Source of the DNA: Geopsychrobacteraceae bacterium
GTDB taxonomy: Bacteria; Desulfobacterota; Desulfuromonadia; Desulfuromonadales; Geopsychrobacteraceae
Direction: 5' to 3'
Length of the DNA stretch: 64,000 nucleotides
NCBI GenBank assembly: GCA_963676795.2
Contig: CAXXTB010000002.1
Location: 992,001-1,056,000 of the forward strand
How positions within the stretch are numbered: position 1 is the first letter of the stretch; each line of letters begins with the position of its first letter. Position numbers and translations under genes: made by a program. Below are positions 1 through 7,660 of this stretch, in pieces. The notes under the pieces were generated by a model that did no database searches, was not told the origin of the DNA, and was given only the letters and a program-made list of their open reading frames with translations.

Positions 1-110
1 AAAACTAAAATTTCAGTTTCGTATGCTCCTACCAGTTATTGCACTGATTGAGCTAGGTTGAAAATATCGGACACCAAAGTTTACAATCTTTCCCGAACGA
101 AGGTGTCACA

Positions 111-425
111 ATGTTAACAAGATCGAATGCTCGTTATTCGAAAGAGTTTCGTAACGAAGCCGTAAAAATGGTATCGGAGGGTGGCCTGACTGCATATGAA
201 GCGTCTCGGCAACTCTCCTTACCGAAATCGATCCTTGAAAACTGGGTCCGAGCTCACAAGTCCGGTAAACTCAGCGATATCGGTAGTGAGCAGCGCCCCT
301 TGACCGAGGTTGAACAAGAACTCGCTCGTGTCAAACGAGAACTGTCTCAGGTCAAGCTGGAGCGAGATATCTTTAAAATAGCCGCCGCGTACTTTGCCAA
401 GGAGTCGCTGCCCGGTAAGCGCTGA
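111..425 (+). CDS. IS3 transposase OrfA (HTH and leucine zipper)
   Basis: RYSKEFRNEAV...LERDIFKIAAAYFAKESL matches the IS600-type OrfA pattern. Confidence 0.9.
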   Translation: MLTRSNARYSKEFRNEAVKMVSEGGLTAYEASRQLSLPKSILENWVRAHKSGKLSDIGSEQRPLTEVEQELARVKRELSQVKLERDIFKIAAAYFAKESLPGKR

Positions 426-1275
426 TAAAACAGTTTCGATCTGAGTATCCGGTTCCTCTGTTGTGCCGGGTTCAATCAGTGGCTATTACGCCTGGTTGAA
501 ACGGCCTGAATCTCCCCGGCAGAAAGAAGAAAAACGGCTCGAACTCGAAATAATAGCGGCTCACAAACGAACTGAAGAAACCTACGGCCCGGAGCGTCTG
601 CAAAGCGATCTTTCTGATCACGATGTTCATGTCGGCGTTCACCGGATCAAGCGCATTCGCCGAAAGCTGGGACTGCGCTGCAAGCAGATCAAGAAGTTCA
701 AGGCAACGACAAACTCGAATCACAAGTTGCTGGCTGCTGAGAACCTTCTGGATCAGAATTTTGTTACGGACGCCCCGAACCAGGCCTGGGTGACCGACAT
801 AACCTATATCCCTACGGCTGAAGGCTGGTTGTACCTCGCCGGTCATAAAGATCTCTTTACGGAAGAAGTCGTGGGCTACGCCATGGGAGAACGTATGACG
901 AAGAATCTGGTCTCCCAATCGCTGTTTCGTGCCGTCGCAGCCAAAAGACCTGCAGCTGGCCTGATTTACCATTCCGATCGCGGTAGTCAGTACTGCGCCA
1001 CGGAATATCAAAAATTTCTGAAACAGTCCAAGATGCGTTCATCCATGAGCCGCCGCAGGAACTGTTACGACAACGCTCCGATCGAAAGCTTCTGGGGCGT
1101 CTTGAAAAATGAACTCGTGCATCACTGCCGGTATGCGACCAGACGGGAAGCAATCCGGGAGATCACGACTTACATAGAAGTCTTCTACAACCGGAAGCGG
1201 AAACAGAAGAGGCTTGGTTATCTTTCACCCGCAGCCTATGAGCAACAATATTTCAAAGAGCGGTTAGTCGCTTAA
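419..1275 (+). pseudogene. IS3 transposase OrfB (DDE integrase domain), N-terminus disrupted
   Basis: DDE motifs intact (WVTDITY, HSDRGSQY, PIESFWG). The -1 frame has TAA at 416-418, and ALIKQFRSEYPVPLLCRV shifts frame near 470 into SISGYYAW. Confidence 0.82.
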
Positions 1276-1308
1276 TATTTTGGTGTCCACTATTGACGAC
1301 CGAGGTCA

Positions 1309-1386
1309 AATGCCTTGGGTATAAAACTCCGAATCAGGTATTTTTTGGACTCAATCCACCCGTTGCACTAGCGAGTTGAATTCGCG
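1309..1386 (+). mobile_element. Remnant right end of an IS30-family element (transposase C-terminus plus terminal repeat)
   Basis: 1311-1379 reads CLGYKTPNQVFFGLNPPVALAS*, the typical IS30 transposase tail, overlapping an IS30-like end GTTGCACTAGCGAGTTGAATTCGC. Confidence 0.75.
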
Positions 1387-1402
1387 AAACTCAGATAAAT
1401 CG

Positions 1403-1435
1403 TGTTGAGTGTCAGCGATGTCTTGGCACTCAACA
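1403..1435. terminator. Stem-loop, possible terminator for the minus-strand cluster
   Basis: TGTTGAGTGTCA...TGGCACTCAACA inverted repeat. Confidence 0.45.
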
Positions 1436-1563
1436 TTTAGTTATTATTCGAGGCAGAGAGGAGGGTAGTGTTGAAATTGAAGGAGGACTCGTTCTGGACT
1501 GATTTTCTGGCCTTCATCAACCCCGGGTCCTCCTCAGCTGGCAGTGCAGCATCGGTTCGCTGC

Positions 1564-1836
1564 TTAAATCGGTTTATTTGTGTCATTCTTGTGGCTTGAA
1601 GGCAGAACAATTAAGGATTCAATGCCTTCTGTGGCGATGATCTGGTTGAGTTCATCCAGTGCCTTCTGGTCGGTCTCGAAAGGTTCTTCCCAGAATGTCG
1701 AATTGCCGAAGCGGTCTATGACTTCGAGCAGCCACCCCTCTTCGCCGCTTCGGCATATTTCGACTTTGATCCTATTCCCCTCATGCATAATCGTCCGGCA
1801 TAAAGGGGAGTATTCAAAGTAAACCTTGTTATTCAT
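1564..1836 (-). CDS. Small acidic hypothetical protein (90 aa)
   Basis: Start placed at ATG 1836 after AGGAGG (1845-1850). The SPLC...EI...WLLEVID...NSTFWEEPFETDQKAL pattern resembles a conserved proteobacterial hypothetical family (from memory). Confidence 0.7.
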   Translation of the reverse strand: MNNKVYFEYSPLCRTIMHEGNRIKVEICRSGEEGWLLEVIDRFGNSTFWEEPFETDQKALDELNQIIATEGIESLIVLPSSHKNDTNKPI

Positions 1837-1890
1837 AATAAAACCCTCCTCTTCCAAACGAGCTTTGAATGATGGGCATTCATTCAACTC

Positions 1891-2715
1891 TCAGTTTATA
1901 TATGGTCTGCATTTCTCGTCATAAGGTTGGGGGCACATCAGTCTTTCCGAGATTTTTCTTGCCGTCAGCCGGATTCTTTCTATCGTCGCACTGGTATTCA
2001 GTTCATTCTTTCTGGCATAGGGAGAGATGACAACGATACTGGCAATGGCCTGGCCCTTGTTGTCAAAGACTGGTGCCGCTATGGAAAAAATGTTCTTGTC
2101 ATGGCGACCGTCGTCTATCGCATATCCGTTTCTGCCGATTTCGACGTATTCCTGTTTCAGTTGAGCCGAGGAAATGCCAGTATTTTGATAGGCGGGAGGA
2201 AGTGGGCTCTGCAGCCAGCGGTTTGTCAAACGAGGATGCGTATAAGCTGCAATGCATTTGGCTCCGGCGTGGATTTGCGGATAGACCCGATCTCCGACGG
2301 CAACTGAAATTGTAATCGGTTTTTTTGATCGAGCAATATAGGCAAGAAAGATGATGTTTTCGGAAAGTAATTCAAAATGAACAGTTTCGGAAATCTGATC
2401 TCGCAAGGTGTCGCAAAATTGATGGGCTATGATAGCTGTTTTGTTGTTCAGGCTTTGGGTTATCGAATCATACAGGCAGGATATCATCGGGCCAAGCTGA
2501 TATCTCTTTGTTAATGGGTCTTGGTCAAGGTAGCGCTCTTTCTTCAGGGTATTGACGACTCTGCTGGTTGTTGAAATTTTAAAATTGAGGATTTCTGACA
2601 ACTCTTTGGTGCCGATGGGTTTGTTGTTCTTGGCAAAATAGGATAAAACCGCAAGAGCTTTTTCTGTTGCGTTATATTTAGCACTGTCGTCGTTATTTTG
2701 TTCTGGCAGTAACAT
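1891..2715 (-). CDS. IclR-family transcriptional regulator
   Basis: N-terminal HTH (EKALAVL...ELSEILNFKISTTSRVVNTL...YQLGP) and C-terminal effector domain (GYAIDDG...SIAAPVFD). Confidence 0.92.
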   Translation of the reverse strand: MLLPEQNNDDSAKYNATEKALAVLSYFAKNNKPIGTKELSEILNFKISTTSRVVNTLKKERYLDQDPLTKRYQLGPMISCLYDSITQSLNNKTAIIAHQFCDTLRDQISETVHFELLSENIIFLAYIARSKKPITISVAVGDRVYPQIHAGAKCIAAYTHPRLTNRWLQSPLPPAYQNTGISSAQLKQEYVEIGRNGYAIDDGRHDKNIFSIAAPVFDNKGQAIASIVVISPYARKNELNTSATIERIRLTARKISERLMCPQPYDEKCRPYIN

Positions 2716-2748
2716 GTGATCCTCTTCTTTTCTGGTTGTCGGGGTTGT

Positions 2749-3825
2749 TTATAGATCGTCGGTAAAATTGATCATTGCTTTACTGATCATCGAATAATTC
2801 AATTTGCTGCCGAAGAAAATCAGCTTGTTCCTCTGGTCCTCTCCTGGCCAATTTTCCAAAACCTCAAATGGTTCTACGATGTTTCTGATTCTTTGAATCT
2901 GAATCGATTGTGGAAGGTTTTCAATTCTGAAGATTCCTCTTATGTTCAGAATCCCACTCTCTCGATTGGAAGCCAGATTTATCAGTAGCTTTAGAAATTG
3001 ATCGGCATTTGGAATTGACTCTGGATAGATCGTGAGATTGTTGCTCTCTTCATCTTGCGTATCTCTCACATGGTCAGTGGAAGATCCTCCAAAATACTCA
3101 TCAGGGATATCAGCGGACTTTCTTGTGAAGAAGGGTTGGGCTCCCTGCTCCAGCGCCTGAGTGGTTTTATGACTCTGAAGAACTGACCTGATTAATATTT
3201 GTCTCCGAAGGGTTGAGGAAGCCTCTTTGGCAATAAAAAGATCTTCAGGGCCATGAACTTTGTTAAGCAGGATTTGCTTTGCATGGCAATTGATTGATTT
3301 GAGCTTTGTTTTTAATTTGGCAATCTGCGTGCCGCAGACACTATCATTGGTAGCCAGTATTATGATGTCAGCCAGCAGTATCAGGTTGTTTATTGGGACC
3401 CCGTTCATGTTGATATTGTCCTGTATCAGGCACACCAGCCCGTTGAGGTAATATCTTTCGGATGCTTGTTGGTCAGATGCGAGGTCCTGGCAAATCTGAA
3501 CAGAATCTGTAGGTTCTCTGGTTTCGATCAGGATATGATCGAATGGTGGAATTTGACCGGATTCTCGCAGGTTAAATAGTTCCGACAGGCTTTTCCGGAT
3601 GTTGTCTTCTCGTTTGAAGCACAGCTCACCTGATTTTAGTAAGGCAATATCGCCAGTCAATCTCCGTGAAATGTGAGTATCGTTATCAGTGACAGCGCAT
3701 TTCAAGAAAAAGACTATGCCGTTTTTATGGAAAGTTTCCGGGAGTTGGCGGAACAAGGTCCTGCTCTTGTCGTCCGGAAGAGTGCAAAAAACGGATATTG
3801 GTATTTTGATATTGACGTTTGACAA
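2749..3825 (-). CDS. Degenerate CobW/COG0523-like protein (pseudo-GTPase with CobW C-terminal domain)
   Basis: Colinear with COG0523 proteins (IPPFDHILIET, RYYLNGLV, LADIIIL, NWPGEDQRNKLIFFG), but Walker A, CxCC, ETTG and NKxD are all substituted. Open frame with TTG start. Confidence 0.75.
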   Translation of the reverse strand: MSNVNIKIPISVFCTLPDDKSRTLFRQLPETFHKNGIVFFLKCAVTDNDTHISRRLTGDIALLKSGELCFKREDNIRKSLSELFNLRESGQIPPFDHILIETREPTDSVQICQDLASDQQASERYYLNGLVCLIQDNINMNGVPINNLILLADIIILATNDSVCGTQIAKLKTKLKSINCHAKQILLNKVHGPEDLFIAKEASSTLRRQILIRSVLQSHKTTQALEQGAQPFFTRKSADIPDEYFGGSSTDHVRDTQDEESNNLTIYPESIPNADQFLKLLINLASNRESGILNIRGIFRIENLPQSIQIQRIRNIVEPFEVLENWPGEDQRNKLIFFGSKLNYSMISKAMINFTDDL

Positions 3826-3884
3826 TGTCTCTGTCCTGAAAGTTTTCAGTTTTGGAAGCCTAAGTCATCATGTCAAATCTATTG

Positions 3885-3900
3885 AGCAAATTTTGAGCCA
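3885..3900 (-). promoter_or_regulatory. Candidate sigma54 (-24/-12) promoter for the cobW-like/iclR genes
   Basis: Minus strand TGGCTCAAAATTTGCT = GG-N10-GC, about 60 bp upstream of the start at 3825. Confidence 0.6.
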
Positions 3901-4377
3901 GAATGAGTGTGTCTGTTTTATGTGCGAAAAAGTGATGTTGTTTCAGTTGGATAGAGTAACTTTGGTCGTTTTGTCTGTTTCGGACTGTTTTGTGAGATAT
4001 CTGCAATACCAGTTCGCTTGAGTCGGAATCGGTTCTGCCTGTTTCCTTCTGCCTTTGGGACATGGCGGGTTGGATGCCGAGAATGTGAGGTTTTTCTGGC
4101 TGAAAGGCTTTTGGTCGTATGTCTCTGGCTATAACCCATTAGTTTTTCGGTCAATTGTTGCTGATTCTCCGTCTCTGAAACCTTTCTTCGCTTGATTCCG
4201 GCCACGTCATGGCGGTGAAGAACGGCAAATTACGAAATCGGTTCGCTTGGAGTATGTGAATCGATAATGGATCGCGCGTCAGGTTTGGGATTTTTTCAGG
4301 AATCCTTTGGTGATCGTGATGAGTCTTGAGGTGCGAGAACTGTTATGCTCTCAGATCCCTGGTGTGTTGATTGACTG

Positions 4378-5652
4378 TTACTGTAACAGGGTAATTTTTT
4401 TTGTGCCGGTCAGTGGAATCTCCGGGTGAGCGTCGTTGAAGACAATGTCCAGCTCGTAAGGGAACTTTGTTCCTTTGCGCCACTGGCCGCCGACCAGAGG
4501 CGTTGCACAATAATGCTCGTCGTTATAGTCGATTGGACCGACTATGGTGTCGAGCCTGGTTTCTGAAAATGCTTTGAGGATTGCTTCTTTTTCGAGGGTT
4601 TGTGCCCGTTTGAGGACGTCGAAGAGGATCTCGAAACCGGCGTATTTAAAACCGATCGGTGGAGTCCACTGTTTTCCGGTAGCCTCGGTCCAGAGGTCGC
4701 ACAGCTGTTGAGGGGTGGTGCCGTCAATCGAGGACTTGAACGGGTGGTTGGGGCTCCACCAGTTTTCGCAGGTCAGTCCGTCTCCCAGGTTGCCGCCGAG
4801 AGCCTCAACTGCTGATGGAAAGAGGATGGCCTTGCCTATAGTTGCGATCTTTGGCCTGTACCCCTGTTGACGAGACTGGCGCCAGAAGGTGGTGAAGTCC
4901 GGTGGAATCATGATGCCGGCAACGATCTCGACCTTTTCTTTTTTGAACTGGCTGATGATTGAGCTGAAGTCTTTCAGGCCGTATGGGAACTGACCAGGCT
5001 GGATGACCTTATAGCCTTTTTCCCGGCAAATTTTATCGAATTTAGGCATGAAGGTCAGGCCATCGGGGTCGGTCTGCCAGAGGAAGCCGATGGTCTTGTT
5101 GTGCTGGTCTGCAGTTTTGTCCCACATGCCCGTCCAGGCGCCGATAAAGCCAGCGTCGTCCCAGTGCGAATGATAACACCACTTGAACGGCCCCCCGGAG
5201 AGCCAGGCGCTGACCGGTGCATCGAGAGAAACACAGGGAACCTCCAGGTTTTCACACATGGCTGAAACCGGTGCCACGGTGTCTGGCGTGTGAAGAACGT
5301 ACATCAGATCGACTTCGTCTTTAAGGATCAATTTCTGTGTGACTTCACCGGCCAGGGTCGGGTTGGACTGGGTATCGACCAGCTTTATTTTGAGCGGAAG
5401 CTTCTTGCCGGCCTCCTTGATGAAGATGCCGCTATCTGCGTTGATCTTTTTAAGAACAAGATCGTCGACCCATGGAGAGGCTTCGCCAAAATCTGCCAGC
5501 GGCCCGGTCTGCGGGTCTGGCCGGCCGATCAGGATATAGCCCCGTTTGGCTGCGCGAGCCATGGCTGGCTTGAGCAGGCCGGAGGTGCCAAGGACAGCTC
5601 CACCGACGACCATGTTTTTCAGTAAATTACGACGACTAAGTTTTATGCTCAT
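4378..5652 (-). CDS. Tat-exported ABC substrate-binding protein, LivJ/branched-chain amino acid superfamily
   Basis: Twin-arginine signal SRRNLLK; PQTGPLADFG, DTQSNP and WWSPNHPFKSS motifs; GGAGG RBS. Confidence 0.9.
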   Translation of the reverse strand: MSIKLSRRNLLKNMVVGGAVLGTSGLLKPAMARAAKRGYILIGRPDPQTGPLADFGEASPWVDDLVLKKINADSGIFIKEAGKKLPLKIKLVDTQSNPTLAGEVTQKLILKDEVDLMYVLHTPDTVAPVSAMCENLEVPCVSLDAPVSAWLSGGPFKWCYHSHWDDAGFIGAWTGMWDKTADQHNKTIGFLWQTDPDGLTFMPKFDKICREKGYKVIQPGQFPYGLKDFSSIISQFKKEKVEIVAGIMIPPDFTTFWRQSRQQGYRPKIATIGKAILFPSAVEALGGNLGDGLTCENWWSPNHPFKSSIDGTTPQQLCDLWTEATGKQWTPPIGFKYAGFEILFDVLKRAQTLEKEAILKAFSETRLDTIVGPIDYNDEHYCATPLVGGQWRKGTKFPYELDIVFNDAHPEIPLTGTKKITLLQ

Positions 5653-5722
5653 GCATTCCTCCTTCGTTTGGCAGGCATGGTCTTGCAGTTAATAGACAGG
5701 CGTCTGTTTCCTTTTTAGTAAC

Positions 5723-5738
5723 AGCAATTCACATACCA
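5723..5738 (-). promoter_or_regulatory. Candidate sigma54 (-24/-12) promoter for the binding-protein gene
   Basis: Minus strand TGGTATGTGAATTGCT = GG-N10-GC, about 70 bp upstream of ATG 5652. Confidence 0.65.
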
Positions 5739-5998
5739 GGAGTCTGTGTTGATGTCGGAAAGTGAAAGGTACGCTGCCGGAGGGTGCTGTGCCTGGTATG
5801 GGCTGGATGTTTCCCGTTGTTTGGATGCTGATGTGGCGAAGAGCGAGAGGCTGGTCTTGAAAGGAAGTGCCCTGACATACTCTGTGTGAATTGTTGCAAA
5901 AAGAGGGGGGGCTGCCGTGAGTTTTGTCCGGACCCGTGCGGGTTTGGGGGACGCTGCGCTTTTTTGTCTTCTGGTTTCTGGTGTGTCAGGAGGAGGCC

Positions 5999-6040
5999 AG
6001 GGCTCTGGTCGATCTGTTTGGCTGAATCAACCAGAGCCTT
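5999..6040 (-). terminator. Stem-loop downstream of cobT
   Basis: AGGGCTCTGGTCGAT...ATCAACCAGAGCCTT imperfect inverted repeat; no clear U-tract. Confidence 0.4.
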
Positions 6041-6105
6041 GAGCTGTATTTTCACCCGGCTGCCATGTCGAAGGGGTTGGTCTGGGCCGGAGAGTTGTTT
6101 GCTTC

Positions 6106-7158
6106 TTAGCTGTCGATTTCTGTGACTCCTGCTTCTGCAAATGTGGCCATTCTATGAAAACAGGCGAGGCTGTTATCGATAAGGGGCATGATCATTGCGG
6201 CTCCCGTTCCCTCTCCCAGATGCATGTCCAGGTCTACGAGGGGAGTGATCTGAAAGCGTCGGCAGACCTCCTGAAAGCCCTTTTCTCCGGAACTGTGAGA
6301 GAAAATGAGAAAGGCCCTGACCTGTTCATGGAACGTCATGGCAATCACCGCAGCGGCTCCGGAAATGAACCCATCAACGACGACAGGGCAGCGCAGTGCT
6401 GCACCGGCGACCATGGTCCCAACCATCGCGGCCAGTTCAAATCCACCGACACTTTTCAGGACGGAAAGAGGGTCTTGCGGGGAGGGGGTATTGATATCCA
6501 GGGCCTGCTGAATGATGGAGGCTTTGTGAGCCAGTCTGTTAGAGGGGAGCCCAGCACCGGTTCCCGTTACTTCTATGGGGTTAACGCCGATCATGCAGGA
6601 GTAGATAGCGCTGGCTGCTGTGGTGTTGCCAACCCCCATTTCGCCGGTTATCAGCAGATCTACCCCGTCGTCAATCGCAGCCTCGGCCATCTCGAATCCC
6701 AGGTTCAGGGCTTGAAGGGCCTGTTCCTCGGTCATCGCCGGGCCTTTGGCCATATTGGCGGTACCTGAGGCAATGCTTTTCTGGATAACGGCGGGATGAT
6801 CAACCAGGTTTGCCATTCCGGTATTGATGACTTTCAACTCCGCTCCGGCCATGTCAGAAAGAACGCTTATTGCCGCACCGCCATTGACAAAGTTTCTGAC
6901 CATTTCCGCTGTTACAATCTGCTGAGAAGGAGACACGCCCTCTTCGACAACACCATGATCTCCCGCATAGCAGAGAACACATTTTTTGTTTATTTGCGGT
7001 TTGGGATTTTTCTGGATGCCAGCCAGTCGAATGACCAGATCTTCCAGTTTGCCCAGGCTCTTGGGTGGTTTCGTCAGGTTGTCCCAATGTTTTTCAGCCT
7101 GTAACATCGCTTCCTGATCAAGCGGGGAGATTTCTTGCAATGCGTCTAAAAAATTCAT
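6106..7158 (-). CDS. cobT: Nicotinate-nucleotide--dimethylbenzimidazole phosphoribosyltransferase
   Basis: LTKPPKSLGKLE, AGDHGV, GEMGVGNTT, VVDGFIS and LGEGTGA motifs. Confidence 0.95.
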   Translation of the reverse strand: MNFLDALQEISPLDQEAMLQAEKHWDNLTKPPKSLGKLEDLVIRLAGIQKNPKPQINKKCVLCYAGDHGVVEEGVSPSQQIVTAEMVRNFVNGGAAISVLSDMAGAELKVINTGMANLVDHPAVIQKSIASGTANMAKGPAMTEEQALQALNLGFEMAEAAIDDGVDLLITGEMGVGNTTAASAIYSCMIGVNPIEVTGTGAGLPSNRLAHKASIIQQALDINTPSPQDPLSVLKSVGGFELAAMVGTMVAGAALRCPVVVDGFISGAAAVIAMTFHEQVRAFLIFSHSSGEKGFQEVCRRFQITPLVDLDMHLGEGTGAAMIMPLIDNSLACFHRMATFAEAGVTEIDS

Positions 7159-7380
7159 GACTCATACCTATCCCTAAAAATCCATATGAAATTGTCATAG
7201 TGGCAGATGCTGTAGAATCCATTCCACGATTCTGTGAAGGTCTGACTTTAGCATAAAAGCCACTGGGCGTTGCCAGGGAATCCTATGGGGGGGGGAGGAG
7301 AAACACTTTAATTCTAACTGCTGGGTAGGCTCTGGTGCTTCAAAGGTTCGTGGGTATGGATGATCTGGGTGTCAATAACG

Positions 7381-7414
7381 AAAAAAGGGGTCGCATCTTT
7401 TGATGCAACCCCTT
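7381..7414 (-). terminator. Rho-independent terminator of tRNA-Ala
   Basis: Minus strand AAGGGGTTGCATC-AAAA-GATGCGACCCCTT followed by a T-tract. Confidence 0.8.
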
Positions 7415-7425
7415 ATCTTCTTTAA

Positions 7426-7501
<76 letters not shown>

Positions 7502-7513
7502 GAACAGGTGCGG

Positions 7514-7543
7514 TTTATAGCAAATGCTTCGCGCAGGTGTCAA
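7514..7543 (-). promoter_or_regulatory. sigma70 promoter of tRNA-Ala
   Basis: TTGACA-N18-TATAAA with a TG extension. Confidence 0.65.
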
Positions 7544-7660
7544 TATAAAAAAACATCTTCTGTGAAAGAATTCTCTCCGACGGTGAAAACATAGCCATTT
7601 TTGTATCTGCATGCTAGACTTCCCCGTATTCATTGAACTTCTTTTCGGTGGTGAGGTGTC

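Larger units (their letters stand above)
49..1308 (+). mobile_element. IS3-family insertion sequence (IS600-like), degenerate, 1260 bp
   Basis: Imperfect terminal inverted repeats TGAGCTAGGTTGAAAATATCGGACACCAAA (49-78) vs reverse complement of 1279-1308 TGACCTCGGTCGTCAATAGTGGACACCAAA (23/30 match); TG...CA ends; orfA/orfB arrangement. Confidence 0.92.

Noticed and set aside
3860..4205. Short track ORFs in the spacer (3860-4063, 3918-4205), also 5729-6055 and 7340-7678
   Set aside because: No family resemblance; they overlap promoters, hairpins or the tRNA.
7256..7284. AAGCCACTGGG...GGGAA resembling part of a cobalamin riboswitch near cobT
   Set aside because: On the wrong strand for cobT, and I could not find the other conserved riboswitch blocks here or in the 3826-4377 and 5653-6105 spacers.
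1..7425. Integrase or duplicated tRNA 3' end (att site) defining the accessory region
   Set aside because: Neither was found in the window, so island status rests only on position, composition and the IS elements.
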